DNA of 61,576 nt, filler included, from Deltaproteobacteria bacterium (GTDB lineage: Bacteria > JAUYMQ01), in NCBI GenBank assembly GCA_030698575.1. It is 8 parts of 8 records of this genome, joined end to end, with 100 filler letters (N's around TTAATTAATTAA, not from the genome) between each part and the next. Parts side by side here need not be neighbours in the genome. Positions count along the whole stretch, not along the records: positions 12,207 to 41,995 come from JAUYMQ010000622.1; 7 more parts are not named here. One strand, 5' to 3'. Positions 30,005 through 39,012 of the stretch are shown here, one piece after another (the stretch's first letter is position 1; each line of letters opens with the position of its first letter). A program made the position numbers and the translations under genes. The notes beneath the pieces are model-generated. The model was given only the letters and a program-made list of their open reading frames with translations, was not told where the DNA came from and made no database searches.

Positions 30005-30598
30005 CTATTTGCTTTTCTTGAGAAGCTCTTCGACGAGAACGAGACGGTCGTTCCCCCAGAACATCTCCCCGCCCACGAAAAAGGTGGGAAGCCCGAAAGC
30101 GCCACGCTCGACCGCTTCGGCCGTGCGCTCCTTCAGCGCTTCCTTGATCCCGGGCTCCTCGATCGCGGCCAGAAACTTCTCCCGGTCGAGTCCGGCGCTC
30201 GTGGCGACCTCCGCCAGGACCTCGAGGTCACCGAGGTCCTTCCCGTCCACCCAGGCGGACTTGAAGCCGGCCTTCGTGTAGGCGGGAAGCTTCCCCTCGC
30301 GCTCCGCCACGAGGGCCCCCCGCATGGCGCGCACGGTGTTGAAGGGGAAAGAAGCCGGAAATGTGAGCGGAACGCCGTAGTGGCCGGCCCAGGCCTGGAC
30401 ATCCCCCGGGAGGTAGGCGGCCTTCTTGGGGATGTTCATCGGCGCCTGGTTCCCCGTCTCCTTGAAGATGCCGCCCAGGAAGACCGGACGGTAGACCAGC
30501 TTCGCGCCGGTCCGTTTCGCGAGATCCTCGACCTGTGTCGCGGCGAGGTAGGTGTAGGGGCTGATGAAGTCGAAGCAGTACTCGAGCGTGGCGGGCAT
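30005..30598 (-). CDS. 2-hydroxychromene-2-carboxylate isomerase / GST-kappa (DsbA-like)
   Basis: FDFISPYTYL, RPVFLGG, GAFGLPTFFV...FWGNDRL. Confidence 0.92.
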   Translation of the reverse strand: MPATLEYCFDFISPYTYLAATQVEDLAKRTGAKLVYRPVFLGGIFKETGNQAPMNIPKKAAYLPGDVQAWAGHYGVPLTFPASFPFNTVRAMRGALVAEREGKLPAYTKAGFKSAWVDGKDLGDLEVLAEVATSAGLDREKFLAAIEEPGIKEALKERTAEAVERGAFGLPTFFVGGEMFWGNDRLVLVEELLKKSK

Positions 30599-30614
30599 GA
30601 ACTTCTCCTGTGGA

Positions 30615-31991
30615 TCAGGACGCCTCGTTCTTCGCGAGCGCTTCGAACACGTGCCAGGACTTCAGGAGCTCGAGGGCGCGCGCCAGCTGGACGTCGTTCT
30701 TGGGATCCCCGTAAGTCTCTCTCGGATCAACGGGGGTGCTGCTCTTCTCGTCCTTCTCGGCCGGTTCCGCCGACTCGTCGGGTTCATCGGGATTCTCGAG
30801 GTGCCCTTCGAGATTCTCCTCGCGCAGCATGAAGACATCTTCATCTTCCTTCTTTGAATCCTCGTCGGCCTTGGTTTCGACCGGCTCGACGACGATGTCA
30901 GGCCCAATCCCCTTGGCTTGAATTGAATGGCCGTCGGGCGTGAAGTAGTGCGCCGTCGTCAGCCGCAGGCCCGAACCACCCTCGAGAGGGATGATTGTCT
31001 GGACGCTCCCCTTGCCGAAGGTCTGTGTGCCAAGAATGAGGGCGCGTCGGTGATCCTGAAGCGCGCCGGCCACAATCTCGGAGGCGCTGGCGCTGCCGCC
31101 ATTGACGAGGACGACCATGGGGTAGTTCACCTCCTTGGCGCCCTTCGTGGCCTCGAATCGCATCTTCTGGTTCTCGACCCTGCCGTCGGTGTAGACAATG
31201 AGTCCGCCGTCCAGGAACACGTTCGAGACTTTCACCGCCTGATCGAGCAGCCCGCCCGGATTGTTGCGGAGATCCAGGACCAGGCCCTTGAGATCGCCCT
31301 TCTTGCGGAGTTCGGAGATGCCCTTCTCGAGATCCTGATCGGTCTTCTCCTGAAACGACGCGATCTTCACGTAGCCGTAACCCTTTTCGAGAACGCGCGC
31401 CTTCACCGATTCGATGTGAATGACGTCGCGGACGATCGTGTAATCCTCGGGCCGGGTCATCCCCTCGCGATAGACCGTGATGTTGATCTTTGACCCTTTC
31501 GGGCCGCGCATGAGCTTCACGGCGTCGATGAGCGACATGTTCTTCGTGCTCTTCCCCTCGATCTTGATGATCTTGTCGCCGGGCTGGATGCCGACGCGAT
31601 AGGCGGGAGTGCCGGCTATCGGGGAAACCACGGTGATGTAACCATCCTTGACGGTGATCTCGATGCCAAGGCCCCCGAAGGTCCCCTTGGTCTCGACCTG
31701 CATCTCCTTGAAGGTGTCAGCGTCGAGGAAGTTGGAATGCGGATCGAGGGACGCGAGCATTCCCTGGATGGCGCCCTCGATGAGCTTCTTGTCATCCACC
31801 GACTCGACGTAGTTCTTCTCGACGATGGAAAGGACGTTGTTGAAAGTCGCCAGCTCTTCGTACTTGCTGCCGGCAACGCCGTCCTGCTGAAGGCCCGGAG
31901 TCACGCTCAGAAATGCCCCAAGCAAGAGCGCCAGGAAGAAAAACCGACTAGTGGTGCTTCTCATCATCGAAGGTCTCCTTGACAGTTTCAT
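30615..31991 (-). CDS. ctpA: Carboxyl-terminal processing protease S41
   Basis: LDPHS, PDZ GGLGI, DLRNNPGGLL, SASASEIVAGALQD, TFGKGSVQ. Confidence 0.96.
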   Translation of the reverse strand: MKLSRRPSMMRSTTSRFFFLALLLGAFLSVTPGLQQDGVAGSKYEELATFNNVLSIVEKNYVESVDDKKLIEGAIQGMLASLDPHSNFLDADTFKEMQVETKGTFGGLGIEITVKDGYITVVSPIAGTPAYRVGIQPGDKIIKIEGKSTKNMSLIDAVKLMRGPKGSKINITVYREGMTRPEDYTIVRDVIHIESVKARVLEKGYGYVKIASFQEKTDQDLEKGISELRKKGDLKGLVLDLRNNPGGLLDQAVKVSNVFLDGGLIVYTDGRVENQKMRFEATKGAKEVNYPMVVLVNGGSASASEIVAGALQDHRRALILGTQTFGKGSVQTIIPLEGGSGLRLTTAHYFTPDGHSIQAKGIGPDIVVEPVETKADEDSKKEDEDVFMLREENLEGHLENPDEPDESAEPAEKDEKSSTPVDPRETYGDPKNDVQLARALELLKSWHVFEALAKNEAS

Positions 31992-32069
31992 CCAGCCCTC
32001 TGCCCGGGCGGCCGCGCCGGCGGCCCCCCCCCGGGAACCCAGCAGTATAGCCCGGCAAGTGGATTTTGC

Positions 32070-33323
32070 TCAGCGGCTAATCCAGTCCATCGGGTCGAGC
32101 GGTTTGCCGCGCTCCCGTATCTCGAAATAGACGATTGGACCCTCGAGGGACCCCGATTCGCCCACCCGGGCGACCACATCGCCCTTCATGACCCGGTCGC
32201 CGACCTTCTTCAGGAGCTCGGAGGCGTGTGCAATCAGCGAGTAGTACCCCTCCCCGTGGTCGGTTATCAGGATTCGTCCATAGCCCCTGAACCAGCCCGC
32301 GTAGAGGACCCTGCCGTCGTGAACCGCCTCGATCGGCTCGCCGTAGGGCGCCCTGAGAGTGATGCCGTTCGACCGGATCTGGGTGCCCAGTTCCGGATCG
32401 GCGCGAAGGCCGAATCGCTTGATGAGGCGTCCGCGCACGGGCATGGGAACCCGGCCACGCGCCGCGCTGAAGGGGACAAGGGGTTCGGACCCGGGGGCCA
32501 CGCCAGCCCCGCCGGGAAGGGGCGCGTCAGGCGCCGGCGCGGCTTCCTGAAGCGCTTCGAAGGTTCCTTCGAGCGCCCGCGCGGCTTCCTCGTACTCCGC
32601 GATCACGGCAAGCCGGGCCTCTTTCTCGCGGCCGAGCTCCTCCAGAAGCGCCATCTTCTCGCTTCGGCGGGCCTCGACCTCGACGCGACGTCCATCGGCG
32701 GTTTCGCGAAGGCGGGCAAGATTCGACCGCTCGGCCTCGAGCACCTTCCCCTGCTCCCGGGCCTCGGTCAGCTTGGCGTGGTACCTGTCAACGAGCCCCG
32801 CGTCGGCGGCTACGATCGTTCTCAGAAACCGCGTCCGGCGGGAAAGATCCTGGTAATCCCTGGAAGAGAAGAGAACGCGAAAGTATCCAACCGCCCGGAG
32901 CTTGTAAAGCGCGATGAGCCGGTTTCCCAGCTTGCCTTCTAACTCGCGAAGATCGATCTGGAGCCGGGCCTCGGTCTCCTCCACCGCCTGCTTCGAGCGG
33001 GCCGCCTCCGCCACAGCCGACTCCGCCTGCTGCAGGTCCCGCTCCTGATCAGCGAGCGTTTGCTCCAGCGCCCCCAGATTCTCCACTACGCCCGCACGTT
33101 GCCTGTCGACCTCGCCGAGCGCCCGCTGCTCGCGCTCGATTTTCCGCTGAAGCCGCTCGAGCGCCTTCTGCCGGGCCTCATCCTCTTTTCCATCACCTTT
33201 CGCCCACGCTCGACCGGGACCGGAGCCCGCGACAGCAATCGGCCCGATGAAGGCCAGCCAGGCCGCGCAGAGGAGCACGCAGGCCGTACGCCCGCGCCGA
33301 CCGTTGCTGCAGGCGCCGCTCAC
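32070..33323 (-). CDS. envC: Murein hydrolase activator EnvC (coiled coil plus degenerate M23)
   Basis: Signal peptide, long coiled coil, LYAGWFRGYG...DHG...YFEIR..GKPLDP; GTG start overlaps the ftsX stop. Confidence 0.9.
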   Translation of the reverse strand: MSGACSNGRRGRTACVLLCAAWLAFIGPIAVAGSGPGRAWAKGDGKEDEARQKALERLQRKIEREQRALGEVDRQRAGVVENLGALEQTLADQERDLQQAESAVAEAARSKQAVEETEARLQIDLRELEGKLGNRLIALYKLRAVGYFRVLFSSRDYQDLSRRTRFLRTIVAADAGLVDRYHAKLTEAREQGKVLEAERSNLARLRETADGRRVEVEARRSEKMALLEELGREKEARLAVIAEYEEAARALEGTFEALQEAAPAPDAPLPGGAGVAPGSEPLVPFSAARGRVPMPVRGRLIKRFGLRADPELGTQIRSNGITLRAPYGEPIEAVHDGRVLYAGWFRGYGRILITDHGEGYYSLIAHASELLKKVGDRVMKGDVVARVGESGSLEGPIVYFEIRERGKPLDPMDWISR

Positions 33324-34213
33324 GGCCGTCCGAAGTGGCGCACCGAGAGAGCCGAGCCAAACAGCCCCACCGCGGCGCCGATGCCGAGAAGCGAGAGGAT
33401 CATGGGGAGGGGAAGAAAAACCGGATCGAAATGTCCGAGGTTGAGGACGAGCGATTCGCTCATCCGGTCCACCAGCAGGCGGTAACCACCGTAGAGGATT
33501 CCTCCGGCCAGAGCGGCGCCGAGAACACCCTGAGCAAGGCCCTCGATGAGAAAGGGGATGCGCACGAAACTTTTGCTCGCCCCGACAAGCGAGAGAATCT
33601 CGAGCTCCTCGCGGCGGCTGTAGAGTGCGAGCTTGATCGTGTTCGCCACGACGAGTATCGATCCGATGAGGAGAAATGCGCCTAGCATCGCGCCGGCGAT
33701 GCGGATAAAGTTCACGGCGGTCTGGTACTGATCGAGCCACTCCTGCCCGTACTGCACGTCATCGACGCCCCTCAGCGATGCTATCTGCCCGGCCATTTCC
33801 CGGACCTGCGGCGCCGCGCGGCTTCGCTCACGGATCTGAATGTCGAGGGAGGCCGGAAGGGGATTGCTCGAGAGCCCGTCAAGGATTCCGGACTGCCCGC
33901 CGAGATCCTTGCGGAACCGTTCGAGCGCGTCGTCGCGGGAAACATATTTGACAGCAGAAACCCCCGGCATCCGGGAAATCTCATCGGAAAGGCGATTAAC
34001 CTCGTCGGCAGGCAAACCCTCGGCGAGGTAGGTGACGATCTGCACCTCGCCGCCCCAGGATGCGGCCGTGGCACGAAGGTTGAGATAGACGAGGTAGAAG
34101 GTGCCGAGGGTGAGGAGCGAGACCGTGATGGTGACTATCGAAATGGCGCTCACAAGGGGGTTGGAGGTCAGCCCCCTCAGCGCTGCCTTCAGGAAGTATG
34201 CGATGCGGTGCAT
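33320..34213 (-). CDS. ftsX: Cell division permease FtsX
   Basis: NPLPAS, VQYGQEW, NTIKL...RREELEILSLVGA...PFLIEG. Confidence 0.95.
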   Translation of the reverse strand: MHRIAYFLKAALRGLTSNPLVSAISIVTITVSLLTLGTFYLVYLNLRATAASWGGEVQIVTYLAEGLPADEVNRLSDEISRMPGVSAVKYVSRDDALERFRKDLGGQSGILDGLSSNPLPASLDIQIRERSRAAPQVREMAGQIASLRGVDDVQYGQEWLDQYQTAVNFIRIAGAMLGAFLLIGSILVVANTIKLALYSRREELEILSLVGASKSFVRIPFLIEGLAQGVLGAALAGGILYGGYRLLVDRMSESLVLNLGHFDPVFLPLPMILSLLGIGAAVGLFGSALSVRHFGRP

Positions 34214-34225
34214 GGCTCCCGATGC

Positions 34226-34885
34226 CTAGCCGTCAGCCACCACGCGTCCGCGATCGAGCACGACCTGGCGCTTGTTGAATCGCGCGAGAAGATCCGGGTC
34301 GTGCGTCGCGATGATGACGGTGGTGCCGCGGGCGTTTACCTGACGGAGGAACTTCATGATCTCCAGCGTGAGATCCGGATCCAGGTTGCCCGTCGGCTCG
34401 TCGGCCAGGAGGATGTCGGGCTCGTTTACAATCGCGCGGGCGATGGCCACCCGCTGCTGTTCGCCGCCGGAGAGGAGGATCGCCTTGGTATGCATCTTGT
34501 GCGCCAGTCCGACCGATTTCAGGACCCGCCAGGTTTTCTGCTGAACCCGGTTGCGGGACTCCCCGAGCACCTCGACCGCCAGCGCCACGTTTTCGAAGAC
34601 GCTCCGGTTCAGGAGCAGCTTGAAGTCCTGGAACACCACGCCGATTTTGCGGCGGAGCAGCGGGATGTGCGATCGCCGGAGCCTCGAGACGTTGCGGCCG
34701 TCGATGAGAATCTGGCCGTCGTTGGGTGTCTCGGCCCCTAACAGCAGCTTCAGAAGCGTTGACTTCCCCGCGCCGCTCGGCCCGGCGAGGAACACGAACT
34801 CGCCCTTGGCGATGACAAGGTTGACGTCCACAAGCGCGGGAACGTCTTCCGAGTAGGACTTCGATACGTGCGAGATCTGAATCAT
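34226..34885 (-). CDS. ftsE: Cell division ATPase FtsE
   Basis: [40 protein letters not shown]. Confidence 0.96.
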   Translation of the reverse strand: MIQISHVSKSYSEDVPALVDVNLVIAKGEFVFLAGPSGAGKSTLLKLLLGAETPNDGQILIDGRNVSRLRRSHIPLLRRKIGVVFQDFKLLLNRSVFENVALAVEVLGESRNRVQQKTWRVLKSVGLAHKMHTKAILLSGGEQQRVAIARAIVNEPDILLADEPTGNLDPDLTLEIMKFLRQVNARGTTVIIATHDPDLLARFNKRQVVLDRGRVVADG

Positions 34886-34931
34886 CAATCCGCCGGATGC
34901 CGAAGGTGCCCGCTTCCCGGGAGACCCCGCG

Positions 34932-35357
34932 TCAGCGCGCCGGTTCTTCTGATGAGCGCTTCTTCGCCGAGCCACCGGTCACAAAATCCAGGATGACCTC
35001 GTCGAGCGAAGTCTCTCCATCCAGATCCTTCACGGGACCGCCGGCAGCAGGCACCTCCCGTGGACCGGCGCCCTGATCGGGCAACTCCTCCGCGCCGGGG
35101 CGCGGGGAGCCGTCGAGAGCCCCGGACTTGAGCAGGCGGAGCATCTCCTTGTGCTGCTTCATCATGAGGTCCCGCACCAGTTCTCCCGGGTGGCCGGTCG
35201 AAACCATATCCGCGTAGCTCGTGCGTTTGCGAGCAAGGATCTGCCCACCCTCGTAGAGGACCGTTGTGATATGCGGCTTGTGCACGCCACTGTCCTCGGT
35301 CTGGACGTGGTAGATCGTCCCCTTGAAGCGAACATTGTGGTTCAATCCCGGCAGCAT
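34932..35357 (-). CDS. Conserved hypothetical protein
   Basis: GLNHNVRFKGTIYHVQTEDSG...LMMKQHKEML, a motif I recall from uncharacterised deltaproteobacterial proteins; sits inside the murI-ftsE operon. Confidence 0.7.
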   Translation of the reverse strand: MLPGLNHNVRFKGTIYHVQTEDSGVHKPHITTVLYEGGQILARKRTSYADMVSTGHPGELVRDLMMKQHKEMLRLLKSGALDGSPRPGAEELPDQGAGPREVPAAGGPVKDLDGETSLDEVILDFVTGGSAKKRSSEEPAR

Positions 35358-35399
35358 CTCTGTTCCCGCCCCCGATCGGGGCCGCCCTTCGGCAGCCGC

Positions 35400-36215
35400 T
35401 CAAAGCTCCACCGTGATCACACCCGCCAGGTCGCGCCCCAGGAACCGGCTCCCGACCTTCACGAACCGTTCGTGGGCATCCGTTACGTAAAATCTCTGGC
35501 TGGCCGCTCGCGTGCCCGCGGCCGGCGCCGGCCGGTCGAGTGCGCGATCCTTCAGGGTATCGCGCACCGCAGAGGCCGTTGCCGATGCGGAATCGATGAG
35601 CGTTATTTCCGGTCCGACGGTCTTCTGGATGACGCTCGCGAGAACGGGATAGTGCGTGCAGCCGAGCACGAGCGTATCCACCCCGAGATCACGGAACCCC
35701 GCCAGGTAGCGCTCCGCGGTGAGCGCCGCCACATCGGACTCCTGCCACCCCTCCTCGGCGAGCGGTACGAACAGCGGGCAGGCCTTCGTGAAAACCTGCA
35801 CCGCAGGATCGTCCGCTTTCAGGGCCCGAACGTAGGCATCGCTCCTGATCGTTGCCTCGGTGCCGATGACACCGACGCGCCTGGTTCGCGAAACGCGGAG
35901 AGCTTCGCGCACGCCGGGATCGATCACACCCACCACCGGGAAATGGGTTGACGGGCAGGTTTCCCGGATGGCTTCGAGGGCCACGGCGGAGGCGGTGTTG
36001 CAGGCGACCACGAGCAGCTTTACCCGCTTTTCGGCCATGAACTTCGCTGCCTGCGCCGCGTAGCGAACGACCGTTTCCGCCGATCGGGTGCCGTAAGGGA
36101 CGCGCGCGGTGTCCCCGAGGTAGATCGTGTCTTCGTATGGAAGCGCCTCGGAGAGCGCCCTCAGGACGGTAAGGCCGCCGATCCCGGAGTCGAAGATCCC
36201 GATTGCGTCTCGCAT
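35400..36215 (-). CDS. murI: Glutamate racemase
   Basis: FDSGIGGLTV, PYG, VACNTAS, LGCTHYP. Confidence 0.97.
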   Translation of the reverse strand: MRDAIGIFDSGIGGLTVLRALSEALPYEDTIYLGDTARVPYGTRSAETVVRYAAQAAKFMAEKRVKLLVVACNTASAVALEAIRETCPSTHFPVVGVIDPGVREALRVSRTRRVGVIGTEATIRSDAYVRALKADDPAVQVFTKACPLFVPLAEEGWQESDVAALTAERYLAGFRDLGVDTLVLGCTHYPVLASVIQKTVGPEITLIDSASATASAVRDTLKDRALDRPAPAAGTRAASQRFYVTDAHERFVKVGSRFLGRDLAGVITVEL

Positions 36216-36431
36216 TCTGTCTCCGATACGCAGGAACGTCCGCGGGGGGGAGTGCCGAAGAAAAGGCGTCGGGGCGGAAGATCGTTCTGATCCGGCCTGG
36301 ATCCGCCATGTTAGGGCGGTGGATCCGGCCTGTCAATAATCACGAACCGCCCTGCCGGGGAATTATCGCCCTGAATCGGCCGGTTTGCGGGAGGAGCCCG
36401 GAGACCGGGCCCCTCCCGCGATTTGATGCCT

Positions 36432-37112
36432 CTACCGTGCGACCGCCGATGAGAAGCGGCCCGCCACCAGGGGCAGGAGACCCGCCCCAAGCAACAGCGC
36501 CGTCGCGGGTTCCGGCACGGGCGGCGGCCCGGAGAAGGGCGCGCTGCCCGGCGTGGGCGTTCCCAGGACCGCGAAGTCCGCCGCATTGTCGTTCGTGTCA
36601 ATGTCGGCGAACGCTCGGGCCAGGGACGATCCGGAAGGCGCGATGGGCGCCGCGCTTCCCTCTCCCGCGAAGAAGACGCCGGTGAAATCGCCATAGCCGA
36701 GCGCGTCCACGATCACGTCGGCCAGGCGAAGCTGCACGCTGTCGGGACCGTTCTGCGGATCCAGCCCCTCGAACAGCGCATCGGCGTCGCCGACCTCCGT
36801 CACCCCGCTCGCCGCGTCGGCCGCCACGAATACGCCGTCAATCGGGATAGAGAAGGCGGAGAGGTCGATGGTCAGATAGATATCTCCGGTCCCCCCATTG
36901 ATTCCCACGAGCGTGTAGCCGGAGAGCGAGAGCCCGGGGGTTCCCGCCAGTTCGACAAAGGTTCGGCCGTTGTCGCTGCCGGAGGCGTCCACGAGGATCT
37001 CCGAGATCAGGACGGGGTCGGCGCCGGCGGTTTTCACCGCCAGGCTCCATTGCAGTGCCAGGGCGAGGAGCGCGAGGGCGAGCGCGAATTTGTGTGTGTG
37101 CTTGCGTTGCAT
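36432..37112 (-). CDS. Lamin-tail-domain-like surface protein with PEP-CTERM sorting signal
   Basis: Signal peptide; VLISEILVD...FVEL...QNGPDSVQL...SLAR...DTNDNAADF...PTPG; VPEPATALLLGAGL. Confidence 0.85.
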   Translation of the reverse strand: MQRKHTHKFALALALLALALQWSLAVKTAGADPVLISEILVDASGSDNGRTFVELAGTPGLSLSGYTLVGINGGTGDIYLTIDLSAFSIPIDGVFVAADAASGVTEVGDADALFEGLDPQNGPDSVQLRLADVIVDALGYGDFTGVFFAGEGSAAPIAPSGSSLARAFADIDTNDNAADFAVLGTPTPGSAPFSGPPPVPEPATALLLGAGLLPLVAGRFSSAVAR

Positions 37113-37129
37113 GGCTCCTCCTTAGCTTT

Positions 37130-37196
37130 TGCGGACGGGCGAGGCGCCCGCCCGCTTGGCTTGTTGGTGCGGATGGGCGAGGCGCCCGCCCGCGTT
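37130..37196. repeat. Two tandem GC-rich hairpins (38-bp period)
   Basis: TGCGGA(C/T)GGGCGAGGCGCCCGCCCGC at 37130 and 37168; each folds into an ~11-bp stem. Confidence 0.8.
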
Positions 37197-37207
37197 GGTT
37201 GAACGTT

Positions 37208-38815
37208 TCACCGCCGGCCTGGATCCTCCGCCCCGGCCAGCCGCGCCTTCTCTCTCGAGAAGAACCCCTCGGTCCACGCGTCCAGGCGCGCGGTCAGCTC
37301 CTCGATCTTGATCAGGAGCTCTTCGAACTCTCCGCCGGCCTGCTCCCCGCCGTCGGCGCCCCGGCCTGCGGCAAGTCGATTCAGTGCAAGAAGCGAGCGC
37401 CGGCGCTCGAAGTAGATCTGGTTCACTTCGTCGAGAACGTCGTCGCGAAGCGTGAGCACCCGCCGCGCCTCCTCACTCACATCGAGCTCGTCGGGATTGA
37501 AGAGAAGTGAGCCGAGATCCCATTCCGCCGCGACGACGTAGTCGCGCTCCCGGTCGCGGTCGAGAGAATTGTCGAAGAGGTTGTGGATGGCCCCGGTTGA
37601 GAAGGACTGATCCTGATTCTGCTCGCGGGCAAGGAAGCTGCGCCGGCGCAGCGAGATCTCCAGATCGGGGAGCAGGGCCCGGTATCGAACCCCGCGAAAA
37701 TTGCGACGGATCCTGTCCGGTTCGAGGCTCGCGGCGCGCAGCGCCTCCCGTCGCACGGAAGCGATGTCCGGCTCGGGCAAAAAGGCGATCCGCCCAGGCG
37801 GCAAGAAGCCGGTTTCCGCCGGCGCCGTGGCGGCGCCCTCCGGCGCACCCGACGGGACGGCATCACCCGGGGCTTCACGACTGAAGAGGCCGCGGTCGGT
37901 CGCCCCCAGAAGCCCGCCCTCCCGCGGCGCGAGGATGACGGCCGCCCCCTCGCCGGGTGGCGCCGCGGCAAGCGCGGCGGGCGCCCTCCCCGCCTCGACA
38001 CGCCACACCTGGAACGCATCCGAGACCGCGAAGGCGCCGGGATTCCCGCTCATGGCATCGACGGACGTCGCGCGGCTGGCGAAGCCCCCGCCGGCGGTGA
38101 TCGGTCGCCAGGGTCCCTCGGGTGAGGACCCCAGAAGGCCGGCCTCGGTGATCGCGATCGCCCACCCCCCTGATGCGGCGACATCGCGCGCCGGGCGCGA
38201 GTCGATGCGAACCACGCCGCCGGGACGCGCTGCATCGAGCTGAAAGAGCCCCTCCTCCGCCGCAGCAATGAGCAGGCCTTCCTCAAGCCAGGCGACCGCG
38301 GTCACCCGGCGGCCCGGAAGGCCGGACGCCCTTTCCCGGATATCGCTGCCCGCCCTCTCCGCGATCACGACGCCGTCGTCGGTTCCGAAGGCAAGCCAGC
38401 CGCCATCGCCGCGCCCGGCGCGCAGCGCATGGACGTCACCGCGCCGGCCCAGGCCCGCGAGGTCCAGCGTGCGCCAGGATTTCAGATCGCTGCTCCAGCG
38501 AACCCCACCTTCGACGGCGGCCACGAGCGCCGGACCATCCGCCGTCCCCTCCAGAAACGCGAGCGCCCGGACGTCGCCCCCCGGCCCCGCCATCCGGCGC
38601 CAGCGCCCGCCCCCATCGGCCGACAGATAAACGCCGCTCGAAGATGCGGCCGCCAGCCGCGAGCCGTCGCGGCTCTCGACGAGCGCAGTGACTGCCTCCG
38701 CCGGCAACTCCGTCACCCGCCTCCAGGCCACATCCCCGCGCGCCTCCGCCGCTCCCCCGACCGTGAGGATGGCCCCCAGATACACCGCCGCCGCCCATTG
38801 CCCTCTCCGCCGCAT
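37208..38815 (-). CDS. Secreted protein: BNR/beta-propeller-like N-terminus plus uncharacterised C-terminal alpha/beta domain
   Basis: Signal peptide; GVYLSADGGGRW, SSDLKSW, GTDDGV, ATDRGLF blade-like repeats; C-terminal EPDI...RALLPDL...WDLGSLLF...DEVNQIYFERRR...LDAWTEGFFS. Strong RBS before ATG 38815. Confidence 0.8.
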   Translation of the reverse strand: MRRRGQWAAAVYLGAILTVGGAAEARGDVAWRRVTELPAEAVTALVESRDGSRLAAASSSGVYLSADGGGRWRRMAGPGGDVRALAFLEGTADGPALVAAVEGGVRWSSDLKSWRTLDLAGLGRRGDVHALRAGRGDGGWLAFGTDDGVVIAERAGSDIRERASGLPGRRVTAVAWLEEGLLIAAAEEGLFQLDAARPGGVVRIDSRPARDVAASGGWAIAITEAGLLGSSPEGPWRPITAGGGFASRATSVDAMSGNPGAFAVSDAFQVWRVEAGRAPAALAAAPPGEGAAVILAPREGGLLGATDRGLFSREAPGDAVPSGAPEGAATAPAETGFLPPGRIAFLPEPDIASVRREALRAASLEPDRIRRNFRGVRYRALLPDLEISLRRRSFLAREQNQDQSFSTGAIHNLFDNSLDRDRERDYVVAAEWDLGSLLFNPDELDVSEEARRVLTLRDDVLDEVNQIYFERRRSLLALNRLAAGRGADGGEQAGGEFEELLIKIEELTARLDAWTEGFFSREKARLAGAEDPGRR

Positions 38816-38842
38816 GCTCTCCCTCCTCGCTGGCCCCAACGT

Positions 38843-38960
38843 AAAAAGGCCGGCGTCGATCGCACCGCGGGGTGACCCCGCGGGCTGAACGACTACCGAC
38901 CTCGCCTGGAGAGCGTAGCGGCAGCCCCCTCGGCTGGAGGGAGATCCGACCTCGATTTCC
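38843..38960 (-). promoter_or_regulatory. Candidate structured leader with intrinsic terminator and an alternative helix
   Basis: Minus-strand hairpin AGGUCGGU...GCCGGCCU followed by U-tract (38902-38843); its 5' arm can instead pair with GGCUGCCG (38926-38919). Confidence 0.5.
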
Positions 38961-39012
38961 TGGTTAGTGGCGCGCGCCGCAGGAAAGTGTCATGCCCGCT
39001 GGCGCCGCGCGC

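Noticed and set aside
38983-38997. Sigma54 promoter upstream of the structured leader (GGCATGACACTTTC on the minus strand)
   Set aside because: The -12 element is TC rather than the near-invariant GC; too weak to call.
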